A stretch of 63,835 nt of DNA, the filler included, from Octopus bimaculoides (taxonomy: Eukaryota), in the NCBI RefSeq assembly GCF_001194135.2. It is 4 parts of 4 records of this genome, joined end to end, with 100 filler letters (N's around TTAATTAATTAA, not from the genome) between each part and the next. Parts side by side here need not be neighbours in the genome. Positions count along the whole stretch, not along the records: positions 1 to 31,886 come from NC_068997.1; 3 more parts are not named here. The stretch is one strand, 5' to 3'. Shown here one piece after another: positions 12,930 through 25,981 of this stretch; within the stretch, counting starts at the first letter, position 1, and every line of letters starts with the position of its first letter. The translations under genes and the position numbers were made by a program. The notes beneath the pieces were generated by a model, which searched no databases, was not told the DNA's origin, and was given only the letters and a program-made list of their open reading frames with translations.

Positions 12930-14140
12930 TATATGCAATGTTCTCTTCTACAGCCGCAATTCATGTTGAAAGCCAACTATTTGGAGGATTGGATTGGAGA
13001 CTTTCACTGTGGAAGGATTAGGTTGAAACATTACTCCACCCATAAATGTTGTCACATTAATCGCAAATAAAGCATAATGAATTTATAATAATTTTGAGGA
13101 ATCTTTAATGAAACAAGTCTCAGAAGATTTTGTCTTTTAATGACAAGTATACAATTTCCTCTAATTTGGGTCAGAAGTCTTTATATTTATAATTTACTAA
13201 AGGTTAGAAAGTAATTTTACTGAAATTCACTCTTGAAACCCCTTTCAACTATAATACAAAAATTATATATCAAGAGCGTTCTGTGTATTCTTCAACATCA
13301 TCCTGCTATGCAACATTTTGCTTCTTTTCGAAGAACTTAAGGCTGGGTTTAGAGTAACAGTGAGTTCCAGATTAAATAATGTTTATCATTAGCAGTCTTC
13401 AAACAATTACTCTTCTTTCTCGAACAATTTCTAGATAGTAGTATTGCGACAACAAAAGCTCGAACCCAACGGGAAAAGCGCAGTAGCTTGCAAAGGATTT
13501 GTCGCAGATGTAGCTAAATATTTCCATGCAATGTTCTCTTGTATTGGCTGATTTTTAGTATCACATCTTGTGCTTGGCGGATTGCGGATTGTAGGCTTAG
13601 TCTGTAGAAGGAATAGACAATAATGAGAAATGGAACTCACGATCATAAATAGCGGTCAACCGAGAAAGTGAATAATCTCAACATCAGCAATGGTTTTGTA
13701 TTTTAATATTAATGAGTTGTAGAATGAACGAAATAGACTAAAAAGTTTAATTACAACAAACTGAGTCTATGACATTTTTTTCACTTCCGGTTAATTTCTT
13801 TTAGCTTACGTTGCTTTGTATGGGAACAGCATGAAAAGCATGTTTTCTTTCAAAATCTAAAATGTTTAGTGTCTGGTAGAGCGGTGAGTTGGTAGAAATG
13901 GTAGAACGACTCTCCTGTCAACGGGTGTGTGCCTTCGTTTGACGAATAAACGACGTGAGGGATTGATTGCAACCTTTCAATAGCGATAATAGGAAAGTTA
14001 TTATTAGAAAACTATAATTATAATTAGAGATCTATAATCAGTTATTGTCATCGTTCTATAAAATAGGAAATAAAATGAAGATTATTCTAGAAGGTAGCAT
14101 TACAAGAAATGAACTTATGTACGTTGCTACTTCATGCACA

Positions 14141-14451
14141 GTGGTCATAGGATCGTGGTTTCGATTCCCAGACCGGGCGTTGTGAGTGTTTATTGAGCGA
14201 AAACACCTAAAAGCTCCACGAGGCTCCAACTTTCTCTCACTCTTACTTCCTGTTACTGTTGTGCCTGTAATTCAAAGGGTCAGCCTCGTCATACTGTGTC
14301 ACGCTGAATATCCCCGAGAACTACGTTAAGGGTACACGTGTCTGTGGAGTGCTCAGCCACTTGCACGTTAATTTTACGAGCAGGCAGTTCCGTTGATCGG
14401 ATCAACTGGAACCCTCGACATCGTAAGCGACGGAGTGCCAACAAACAAACA
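14141..14451 (+). mobile_element. tRNA-derived SINE (family B) with LINE-like tail, 12-bp TSD
   Basis: B-box-like ggtttcgattccc; tail ...gatcggatcaactggaaccctcg...ggagtgccaacaaacaaac; acttcatgcaca at 14129-14140 and 14452-14463. Confidence 0.85.
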
Positions 14452-14789
14452 ACTTCATGCACAAATTGCGGTAAGAAGTTCCATTAAATCTACATCTGCT
14501 TCCTGTTGATCCTGAGAAATATTAACAGAGAATCGCTTTATATCAGAAAACTTTCACGGTAGAATTGCAATTACTTCTTTCAGTGGAATCCTTTCTAGTC
14601 ATTAGAAAAAAAATGTCTACCCTACAATACGGAATCTGACTGCTTTACTGTAGAGGTTCATCAACTCTTACGTCTTCTATTAACAGTTTCTTTTCTTCAT
14701 GTCAACTTGTTAATTGCCTTATCAACCTTAACATATGATAATGATCTGACAATTAATGAGCTGTTTCACGTTCTTTTATTTGTATCTAT

Positions 14790-14820
<31 letters not shown>

Positions 14821-15356
14821 CCACACACACACAAATACTCATAAGATGCATCTAATACTCACAGAAAATGAGGGTGCGTCTACATGAACAATCGACCAAC
14901 TAGAAATAGCAGCAAAATTTCCAATCACATCCTAAGGACAGTCCATGAAGAACTATCAGGTGCCTTCTTAACGAATCCCAGGTCTGAGAGACTGGTAAGA
15001 AGAAAGAATGGAGTTGATATGCCTGCAATTTGGAATGACATCTGAAGACCAAAATCACAAGGAAATCTTTACGTTGTCGTCGGACCCTCTAGAAACAGTA
15101 GCCAATTTTCACTCAAATCACACTATGCCGTCTTTTAAAGAAATGAATGGTGAAGTTTGCAGCACTTTAATGTCTTTGCTGCCAGATCTGCAGATATGGA
15201 GATGGTTGGGATGCTAAATAATTACAGTCATATGTCTAACGATTCGGGAGAAGAAAGCTTTACTCTGTAACCTAAGGAGGCATCCATTATAAATCAGAAG
15301 CCCCGGTTGTGAGTTGTATCATTCGTTTCTGTCTACATTCAAGAAGAAATGAACGA

Positions 15357-15368
15357 TGGCACATACAT

Positions 15369-15434
<66 letters not shown>

Positions 15435-15558
15435 ACGCACATACACGAGCACACACACGCACATACACGCGCACACACACATGCACACGCGTGCACACAC
15501 ACACACATACACGCACACACATACATACACGCGCGCGCCCACGCACACATACACACGC

Positions 15559-15594
<36 letters not shown>

Positions 15595-15600
15595 TGCATA
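15357..15600. repeat. compound (TA)n/(CA)n/(CG) dinucleotide tract
   Basis: Direct reading. Similar tracts at ~16280-16510, 33720-33870, 35416-35740, 37120-37550, 41120-41800, 50030-50350, 57370-57500, 58160-58470 and 60680-60815. Confidence 0.95.
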
Positions 15601-15887
15601 CAGATTTGTAAAGACTTGATGGTGTCTCTACTGAAATATCATACTGAATGATGAATAGATACATTCATAATTCAACCAGAGCTGGAGTTTAAATTGCAAG
15701 AAAAAAAAAAAAAAAGGAACATGCGTTATAACAAATAGTTAAATTCTTTGTACTAATATGTATGCGCGCGTGTTTGAGTGTTTTCGGTGAGTGTGTGGGA
15801 GAGTGTATATTCATAATACGTGTGGGTATACTTAAATTCATATATTTAATTTATATACTTATATAGATACACACACACACACACATA

Positions 15888-15931
<44 letters not shown>

Positions 15932-16014
15932 CTGGTAATTAATATATATATATATATATATATGCACACGCACACACAGCAGCACACGGGTGTGTATGAA
16001 GAGTTTTCATCCTC

Positions 16015-16260
16015 ATCATCATTATCGTCATCACCAACTTTTAACGTCCTCCTTCAGAGCTGATACGGGTTGAACGGTTTGATAGGAACTGGCAAGCCAG
16101 AAGATTCTGCCAGACAGCATTGACTGCGCTGGCATCGTTTCTACGGCCAACCAATTTGCATAGTGGGTGCTTTTTACGCTGCACCAGCAAGGTCTCCAAA
16201 TAACTTACAAGACAAGACTCTTAGACTGAGGGTAGGAGTTATATTCAGGGAGGTGGATAC
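16015..16260 (+). mobile_element. RTE-tail-type short interspersed repeat (family C), diverged
   Basis: catcatc...tttaacgtcc...gggttgaacggtttg...ggcaagccagaag...gtgggtgctttttacg; homologous to 33990-34222 and 45145-45245. Confidence 0.6.
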
Positions 16261-16333
16261 AAGTGAAGTGTTATACGTACGTACATATGTGTGTGTGTAC
16301 GTGTGTATGTACGTATATAGAAATATATATGTA

Positions 16334-16364
<31 letters not shown>

Positions 16365-16949
16365 GCAAATATATACATACACATACATATATATATATAT
16401 ACACATACATATATATATATATACAAATACATACATATATACACATATACATATATATATGCACATATACATATATATATATATATATATATGTATGTAG
16501 GTAGGTAGGTATATATAAACATGTGTATGTTCGTAATTATGTACACACATACACACACATATGTGTGTGTATATGTTTATATGTATGCTATGTATGCATA
16601 CTAGAAATGTATACATCAATTTCATGTGTGTGTGTGTGTGTGTGTCATAGACATACACACGTGAATGGGCTTCTACGTATAGAACAGAATGTATAAAAAT
16701 ATACAACTATCGTGTCTTGGAATCAGTGATTATAACCTAAATCCTGTGCCCATACAGCATCCAGACAATCGTTTCTTTGTCCTCAAATTATCTCAATGAA
16801 TATATAAATAAATAAGTAAAATAAATCTTAGGATAAAAACTGAAATATTCAATATTAAATAAATCATAAGTGAATTGCGAATTTATCATTTGGAGATATC
16901 AAAGAGTATTGCAAGATGTTTTTATAACGAATAAAAATGTTAGTCAGTT

Positions 16950-16982
<33 letters not shown>

Positions 16983-16992
16983 NNNNNNNNNN

Positions 16993-17027
<35 letters not shown>

Positions 17028-17149
17028 ATGCGTGCGTGTATGCATGTGTGCGCGCGCGCGATACATGAACAATATATTGTATAAACTTTCAGAAATCCCT
17101 CTTTTGAATATGTGTACGTGATACGTTTCAGTGTTTTGCGTATGTATTG

Positions 17150-17190
<41 letters not shown>

Positions 17191-18399
17191 TGTATATATA
17201 TATATATATGCATATATAACCCTATGAATATGCGTATATAGTGTGGGTGGCGAGAACATGATACTTCAGGGAAATTAGTTTTAAGCGTGTTCCCAGAGAA
17301 AATAACACCCATTTTTTCTTGAATGGAACTCTCTCCAGACGACTTTTGTGATCTTCAGAATTGAATTTTTATTATTTTGTGTGTAATGCATAATCACTCT
17401 CCCCACCCCAACTCCTACCCTTATATAGCATCCTTTACATTGACACTCAAATGCAATTGTTTTCTTTTTTATCGTTGTTGTTGTTGTTGTTTGTCATCAC
17501 AATAAGAGACTCCTGTTAGTTTCTTCTACATTTAACATGTTCCAGTCTTCTCATTGGCATATTCTAAACATTACTGAACACACTTATCCATTGTTGAGAA
17601 TTAGATTTAACCTTCCCGATCTGTTTCTTAATATTAGAAACTTGTAAAAGATTCTCCTACGTTAGAACAATTCTGCATATTTGTAGTGGTCTGAATTGTA
17701 TAAGGTGCGAGCTTACTATTTTCAATCAATAGAACATTATCCTACTGTCACTTAACTTTCTCTTGGTTATAAATAAATATTAGACGACTAATGAAGGAGT
17801 TACAGACAAATCGAGTGAAAAATGTCAAGTCCTTAGAGCAGAAGCTACCAGATAGCTTCTCAATAACACAGGGAGACATCAGGATAAGTAACGTTGGATA
17901 TCATATGAGAAGATAAAGTTCGAAAACTTTGGTGACAATTGAAAAACTTAATGGAAGAAGTCAGAGAAGGCAAGTATCGAAGGCCTGACCAATATTCTAT
18001 AGAAGTATCTACTTAACAATGGGCTAAACTTTGTCGGGGGCGATAGAAGGCCCATGATCGTCGATGGTTGTAGAACTGAAATATGAAGACGTCTATAACA
18101 ACAAATAGTTTACTTCAGTAAACTTTTCTGGTCTTCTTACCGTTTTACAAGATATATTGTATGGTGGTGCTTTAACGTCTAATCGTTTAGATAACATTAC
18201 TTATAATAAGATTACTAACAAAAGTGTAAACCAATGCTAATATTCGGGACCTCACGACTGCAGTGTCTTATGACAGGATTTACCTAACTTTGTAATATTT
18301 CATAGTCATAGGATTTGACACATTCACCATGGCTGCTCCTCACGCGGCAGGAAAATTCATCTCCATTATTGAAAAAAAAAAAAAGCAATTAAAACCATG

Positions 18400-18770
18400 T
18401 TTTTCTTTGCAAATTCTGTGCTTGCTCGCTGAGCAGTAAATCTGATTCACCTGCGACCACTTTCCAGACAACTTACCAAATCGTTCTCTCGGTTAATTTC
18501 TCCACATCCCAAACCTACAATTCTAAATCGCCAAGGATTTCATTTAAACTGTGCTGTTCCAATACATCTGGAAGAAGAATTCCTACCATGGAGAGCTGTT
18601 TAGCCAACTTCATTACCTCTGTGAGATGCTGATCATCAAGAGAGTAACAGGAGCTTCCATGTACTGTACAAATTATGAATAGGTATTTCGCTTGCCAAAT
18701 TGTAACACAGATTCCTAGTCTAGTCTCTTGCATAGCTTCAACCAAGATCACTTTCCTAGAACTTTCGTTT
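18400..18770 (-). mobile_element. possible L1/Tx1 AP-endonuclease remnant
   Basis: Weak: VEAMQETRL resembles the APE QET motif; the sequence is heavily decayed. Confidence 0.25.
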
Positions 18771-19089
18771 TTTGTTCATGTCACACTAACAAATCAGACA
18801 ATAATTTAGTGAAACTTCATATATTTGTATTGCAATCGAGTTTTACTTTTGGAGTAAAAGCTTACTTCCACTGATTTATTTTCCAACTTTCTATAAAGCT
18901 CAAATAGAGCTCACAATGGAATACAAACCGCTACCCGTGAATTGTACTGCTACCAGATAAAAAAAAAAAAACTCACTCACCAACACCCTTTATAAATACT
19001 TACCAACGGATTTTCTATTTCTATTCTATTCTATCTATTCTTCTTCGGCTACTACTACTACTACTACTACTACTCATTTAAGATATCAA

Positions 19090-19260
19090 GTTGTAAACTC
19101 CCTTAACCTACCATCTCACTTCCACTTATCTTCCTACACAAACGTCACTATTCCTTCTTTCCTAGAGTTGCAAACCCTCTGGAGTTCCCTTCTCATCTCA
19201 CGTTTAGTAGTGCAGACGCCAAACTGGAAATGCTTAAACTGAACATCAAAACACTAGGCT
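19090..19260 (+). mobile_element. LINE (CR1/L2/Jockey-type) extreme C-terminal remnant
   Basis: HYSFFPRVANP resembles the SFFPRxxxxWNxLP terminal motif. Confidence 0.45.
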
Positions 19261-20939
19261 AGAGAGAACCTTGAAGTTCACAATCAATGCTTCTCTTTCT
19301 CTAGCAAAATATCAGCATCGACATCAGAAATCTTTTGTCGCTTTATCGAGCTCAGTAATTTTTTTACTATTTATTTTAATGAATGATGTAACTGAATGAC
19401 ATAATTGAAACGAAATACAGTGCAAGATTTTTCTTTTCGTCGATATACAAATGCGGCCATCCTAAGGACTTCTACCGAATTTCCGATGACTGAATTTTAT
19501 TATTATGCGACCCGAATCTATTATTAAAAATACGTATTTAAAGTATCTTGCAGCAGGATCGATCTCGGAACCAGACAGTTACAAATCAAACTTGAAACCC
19601 CTTGACCATACTTATTCTCTTCTCCAATAAATACATTTTCTACACAGATTATTTATACAACAGGTTGGAGAAAAATCTAGTAAATATAACAAAGAGGATG
19701 TCTGGCTAAAAAGAAATCCGTTAAAGCAATATTCTGAACAAAGACAAAATGAATATTTAATGATACAAAAAAGAGGTTATGAGGTTAGAGAGAGAGCTGT
19801 TACCTCAATAACTTGCCGAACAAAGGCTGTATAAAAATAAGCCGTAATGTAAGTAATGTTGCTGTTGAGATTGACAATGAAACAGTTTAAGTTGATAACG
19901 AGTTTTACGTCATAATAATTATGTCTGCTTGTAAATATGTGCAAATGAATAAATATGCACGTGTAAGTACATGCGTTCGTGTGTCGTGGTGGTAGTGGTA
20001 AATATTTGTACGTATGTTTGAGCACGAACGCAATTTCTGTGAATTTGTGAGGAAAATATATTATTAATTCGACACGGTAACCACGAACTCGGTACATAAA
20101 ATGATTGATAATTTGTTGAGTATGTGCCACGTACGAAATACGAAAATTGCTTTAGAAAATAGAACGAACTTCAAAATATTTCATGGTTTAGAGATCAAAG
20201 AAATATTTGGAATAATATTACCATTATGTTTTACTTATAACTATAACGGTCTTTTCTCTCTCTCTCTCTCTCTCTATTTTTTCCTTTTTCTTTTTTGGTA
20301 ATAAAAAAATGGGAAAAAGTAATGATACCAAAGAACTGTTGCCCGTAGCTGTATAAAGAAATGATCTTTGATGTCCATGCTAGAACAAAGTTCCGGAAGT
20401 ATATATAAAAATGTCTACCGTTTATGCATATTTATCTGTGTTTTGTACAAGGAGACGCAGAAAATGTATGATACGCAAACGTTGAATGTATGTGAATAAA
20501 TGAATACATTGTACATGTGCGGAGGTATAAAACTTCTGGCTTTAATTTTACCGAAAAGTAATGGCGCTCAATAACTATAAGACAAAATAGTTTGTAGCTC
20601 AGTGACGGTAGATTTGTAGAATCAGTAGAAAGACAGAAAAAGTACCTTGCGACATTTAGTTGTGTTGCTTATATTTCTGAGATCAAATCCTGCTAAGGCC
20701 AATTTTTTTCATCCTTCTCAGGTTCTGGCGGTAGTGAGTCATTCTAATCAGCTACATTCCTTCCATCACATTTGAGGTCCTTGTGCCTACGTAAAGAAAA
20801 TATCCTGGCCGTCACTGGCAAGCAAGTATAACTTGAAAACATGTGTCGTACTTCGGCAAAGCGTTTTAGTGCTTATTTAGTGGACACTGTTTTGATCCCC
20901 AGAACATTTGGCCAAGCAGAAAATCGAGAATGTGATAGC

Positions 20940-21075
20940 TGAAGGAATAAAAACTTCTGCCTACGCCTGGTTGATATGCAGTGATACAATCAGAAATGAA
21001 GTAAGTACCTTGCTCGAGGACACAACGCGGCACATGATTCAGGAGTCGAACCGACGACCTTACGATCGTGAGCCT
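20940..21075 (-). mobile_element. tRNA-derived SINE head (family D type)
   Basis: aagtaccttgctcgaggacacaacgc...ggagtcgaaccgacgaccttacgatcgtg is the reverse complement of a head homologous to 54142-54420. Confidence 0.65.
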
Positions 21076-21139
21076 TAAGTAGTGTTGTTTTTTGACAGAA
21101 ATGGTAAATACTGAATACCTTAAGATCTTCATAATTATG

Positions 21140-21360
21140 GTCCTTCATGTTTCTGGTTCGAATTCGCCGAGGGGGATCGATAAAATATGTACCAGTTGAG
21201 CACTGGGATCGACGTACACGACTTACCTCTTCCCGTGGTTACCGTGTCGAATTAATAATATATTTTCCTCACAAATTCACAGAAATATGTACCAGTTGAG
21301 CACTGGGATCGACGTACACGACTTACCTCTTCCCGTGCCAGAATTTGAAATTAATATTAA
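21140..21360 (+). mobile_element. SINE family A copy carrying an internal 55-bp duplication
   Basis: ggttcgaattcgccgagg...gatcgataaaatatgtaccagttgagcactgggatcgacg...; identical repeats at 21183-21237 and 21283-21337. Confidence 0.8.
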
Positions 21361-22699
21361 CCGGTGTTTTGTAGAAAATACTTCGGTAAGTTTTGAAATC
21401 GAATGATTGCGTTTAAAAATGATCTTGTATCGAATTTACGATTTCATTCTCATACAAGTGTTGTAAAATATAAATAATTAAATTTTAGCGGGGAAATATT
21501 ACCCCAAATCCTTAGAAATTTGAAGACAATTCTGAGTTCAGACCTCCAAAATACTCCCTCCGTTCTATTCAGGATCCCGTCAAGCCACTCTTGAGTATTC
21601 CGATATAATAACTTAACAACGACATCATAGAAATCATCGTCATAATAGTTCCTGATTTAAATTCTCATCATTGCAAAAATATTTAAACATTTTAAGACAC
21701 TAAATCTTTCTTATATTTTTTTGTTTCTCATTATAGTATTTGCTGCTTCGATATATACGATTTAATCCCTTCCTCGGAGATTGCTAGCCTTGAGCCAAAA
21801 TTAGAAACCATTCTCTGTTGAAGATGATGATTTGTAAACGGATTTCCTAAAATAAGTAATGAATCTGAATTCCATTCCGTTTTACATAAATAATTCTGCA
21901 TTTCCCAATGCATTCTATAATGCTGATCGCTACCTTTACAGTAGGAAACATCCATTTCTGACCCAAATAAACAGTCTTCCCAGCAAAAGAAAATCAGTAT
22001 TTGAGAAGTTTAACGCAATACATATCCATCATTCTTTCATTTTGAAATAAATATAACAAGGTTCTCTTTATCACAAACTACATACATGTCACATTGTGGT
22101 ATTTGAACTTGAAGATGAGCTTGGTTAAGATCTTCCCAAAATAGAAAGAAAATTAAATCGTTTGTGCCTAAACCAACGCTGGAATATCCTCTGCTCTCGA
22201 GGATTGGGGCAAAGAATGTAAAGAGACTTGATTAACAGAAAGATAGTTTGTCCAGCGATCTGCAATCCTGTCATCTAACATTCTCTTCGAGAGATAAGAT
22301 ATGCATTATGTAATTTTCTGGGAATTCTTCCATTGAGAAACTGTCAAAATGTCTAATAAGTAACTTTTACAGAAATAATTACCATTTGCCTTATAAAAAA
22401 TAGATGAAGTCGTCTTGGATCAAATAAATTTGTTGAGTGATGATAGGAAGAAAAGAAATTGTATAATTTAAGAGGTTGAAATTAGAGGTATGCTCTACCT
22501 GACAAAGGTGACGGATTGTCAGAATCGATAGAGTGACGGACAACATAAATTGTGGTATTTAGTTACGTCCCTTTCTTCCCTTCGTCAAGAAGCTAATGAA
22601 ATAAAATACCAGTTAATAACTGGCTCGACCATACCGCTCACACACCCACATACACACATAGAAAACAGTTTTAGTTTGACCGTCCTCTTGGACGCTTCA

Positions 22700-22950
22700 A
22701 TGATGTCACGTGAGCACGCCATCCGTCACGGTCCTCCATGCATGTTCTTAATTTGTCGCCATTTACCATCCCACTGTCCTGAAGCAAGTTGTCCACAGAG
22801 ACTTAGACGTTTTCTTTCCCTGTTCATTCTTCCCTCAGCAGCCTATCGTTTGACCAGTTGACACTGGTTCTTCTGGGTGCTTTGCCGCAATGACTTGCAA
22901 TTCTCATTCTTTGATGAATCTTATCAGCCACTTTGGGTAGACCTTGATAA
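22700..22950 (-). mobile_element. RTE-clade LINE 3' remnant
   Basis: VDNLLQDSGMVNGDKLRTCMEDRDGWRAHV matches the RTE terminal MxDRxxWR motif. Confidence 0.65.
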
Positions 22951-25900
22951 AACTGCTCGCTGGTTAAATGAATTTTCCATATAACGTTCAGAGCCATTCT
23001 AAATATTCCTGTGTAGCAGCCGTCTATTTATTTATTTTTTTAAATTCAGACCCCGAGCAACCAAATCACCTCTAATAAAGTATACATTCCGAAATAGTTT
23101 AATGAGAATATAAACCTAATTCTAATTGCAGTTAGGTTTCATTGTAGTAAAACTGTGGAAATAATTATAAAATAGAATATTTTCTATTTAACACATCTTT
23201 CTACTAATTAAATATTACGTTTCTAGTTGCAAATTAATCTTTAGGAAAAGAGTTCATTGTCTTAAATTAATCAGTTAAGACTTTAAGGTGATACTTCATT
23301 GCTTTTATAGATGGATTTTTCAATATGTTCCACCGTTCATCACCACCACCACCACCATCACTACCACCACTACCATCATCATCATCGTTTGCGCCATTCC
23401 ATCATTAGTGCCTTCATTAGTGACCCACTAATGTGTTTGTTTTCAACAACACTTACATTTCCGCTGTTACTAGAGGCTGCATTATTGATATTGAATTTCT
23501 CTGCACACGGTTACATTAAACATGATATTGCACACATGGAAAGGTATTTAGCGGTGAGTACATAACGCAACATAATCTGCAGAATAATATTCTTGTGAAG
23601 TAATATGTAGAACTGACATTACACCGACTCATGACGTAGTTTCTCTTCTATAATAGAATCACAGAGTTATGTTGCTAAGAAAATATTTTTTTGTTTTAAA
23701 TGAGCTAAGGAAAAATAACTCAGGTGATCCGATGCCATAAATTTAGAAAAGTCAGGGAAGGATGATGTTCTAAATAACATATAATAGAAATTCACAGTTC
23801 ATTGGAATTTTTCTTAGTTGGGAGGAATCCAGTGATAATTAATTGTTAAGAAAGGGGAGATAATTTCATGAAATTAAGAATTAATGCATTGTGTCGTAAA
23901 TTGTTGTCATGCATGATTTCATGTTATAATTGATATAAAACCTTGACATTACGTTTCTAAACTAGCAACGATTTTTTGTTACGTGAATTGTTCGAGACAG
24001 AAATAGACTTTAGCTGTATAGATGCTTACTTCAAATGATAACATTGAAAATATACCTGTACCTTCTTTCTACATTTTTAATTATTTAGTTTCATTTATTT
24101 ATATATTTTCTTTTAATCATTTCCAGATTCCAAACTCAATACTTCATCACTCACAAACACGTGATTAAAAACAGAAATAGAACAATAAATTGGTTAGCTA
24201 TAATTAATAGAGTGTGTTGTTGCGAGTTGCTGCTTCTACTTATTCTATCCAACCTATATCACAATAAGAAACGTTTTACAAAGAAAAAAAAGCACCAAAG
24301 AATGTATTTATATCATCAGCAAAAACCGTTAAACATTCCCGACATTATTTTAGTACTGTCATCACTAGGGTCTATTTTTCACTCTTTATATTCATTTTCT
24401 AAAACTCATCGTCTTCCAATTGTAATTCTACAGAACTCTGTTTTACTTTTCCAACTGTACTCCCATCTACTCCTTTATTCTTTTTTTATTCCTTTTCCAT
24501 TTTTTCTGCCTCGTCTTTTGTCTTTTTTTCTTTCTTGTTTCAAATATTCATCGTTAACGTCATCCTTCCTGTCGTTCGTTTTTATTTACTAGTCCTCGTT
24601 TTGCTACTAATTATAACGAACCAAACAATAGCCCAACAATTGATAATACCACTTTGCATTAATGCAGCTGGGAGCCTAAAAATATTTTAATTAATCAAAT
24701 ATTAAAAAGAGGAAACTTCTGTTGGATTCCTCCATCTAATAGAAATAGCAACTAAATTCCTCTCAAGTTACGCTTTTTACGTTTTAACTAAAGAAGGGTA
24801 TATTGAAATATATAGTCCTTGGTATACAAAAACACATGTTCAGAAATCATTTGATTATACGTGCTCCTGGTTATGGGGGTTAAATAACAACATTGCAGCT
24901 ACGTTGACCTCCAGAAATGATTCTATGTCATTCATTCAACTCTTTTGGCCTTTTTATGTAATTTATCCGTAATTGTACTCGAAATAAATATCACTGTATT
25001 CTCACACACACACACACACGCATACATACATACATACATACATACATATACACAGACACACAGTCTACACAAACGCGCGTGCGCACACGCACTCAAATTC
25101 CCCTCGGTCCGATACTTCAGGACTAACTAAAATGGCTTCTTTCCATCCGTCATTTCCATAAACTTACGAACGTTGCAAGTTCTTCAAATGCACAATAGAA
25201 TTATTATTTCACTTTTTTTTTCTTTTATCTGAAGCTTCGAGATATATTTATATTCTCCTCCTACGTATCATCATCGTCACCACCACCACCACCACCACCA
25301 CCACCACCACCACCATTGTCCTTTTCATCGTCATCATTTTTTAATTATAGAAATGTAGGTCGATGGCAGGAGGATGACGGGGACAGAATGGTAACTCTAC
25401 TGACGGTGACGTTGATAGGATAGAAAGAAGGGCGGTTTCGGTTACGTTACAGTCTTATTTAAAACAATGAACGTGCCTTGAATACAAATGTAAGTTGAAG
25501 GGCGATTTCATCAGGCCAACAACGAGGACAAACAACATATAAAACATAGCAATAATCGTTTGCTAGCAACCCAACCAATGTTTGGTAAAAAGTTCCAGGG
25601 TACAAAAAACAGAAGTAACTAACTACTCAGATATGACGTCACTAGGTAGACTTTACCTTTCATCCTTTCGGGGTCGATGCAATAAGTACAAGTTCAGCAC
25701 TGGGATCGATCTAATCGACTTCCGCCGAAATTGCTGAGTTTCTACCAAAACTTGAAAGCATTATTATCACTTTTTTTTTTTGCTTCTTCTTTCAATTTTG
25801 TTTTCATTTCTTTCCGAGTGTCTTCTCGACTCCTAGGGCAAAGAAACTCACTGTATACATTGGTAGGCCATTAAACTAAACACGTGGAATCCGAATCAAA

Positions 25901-25981
25901 CTCTTTACAATGATGCATGTCAATTCCCAATAAATATATTGAGTGCTCTTTCTTTCGTTTCTCCACTCATTCATGTACTTA

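Noticed and set aside
13434-13607. Exon candidates on both strands (REKR-containing peptide on plus; strong acceptor on minus)
   Set aside because: Several frames look equally plausible and none is recognisable, so no call can be supported.
21183-21337. Repeat-spacer-repeat resembling a CRISPR unit
   Set aside because: Only two repeats, the repeat is SINE sequence, the genome is eukaryotic with no cas genes, and the spacer is a local inverted copy.
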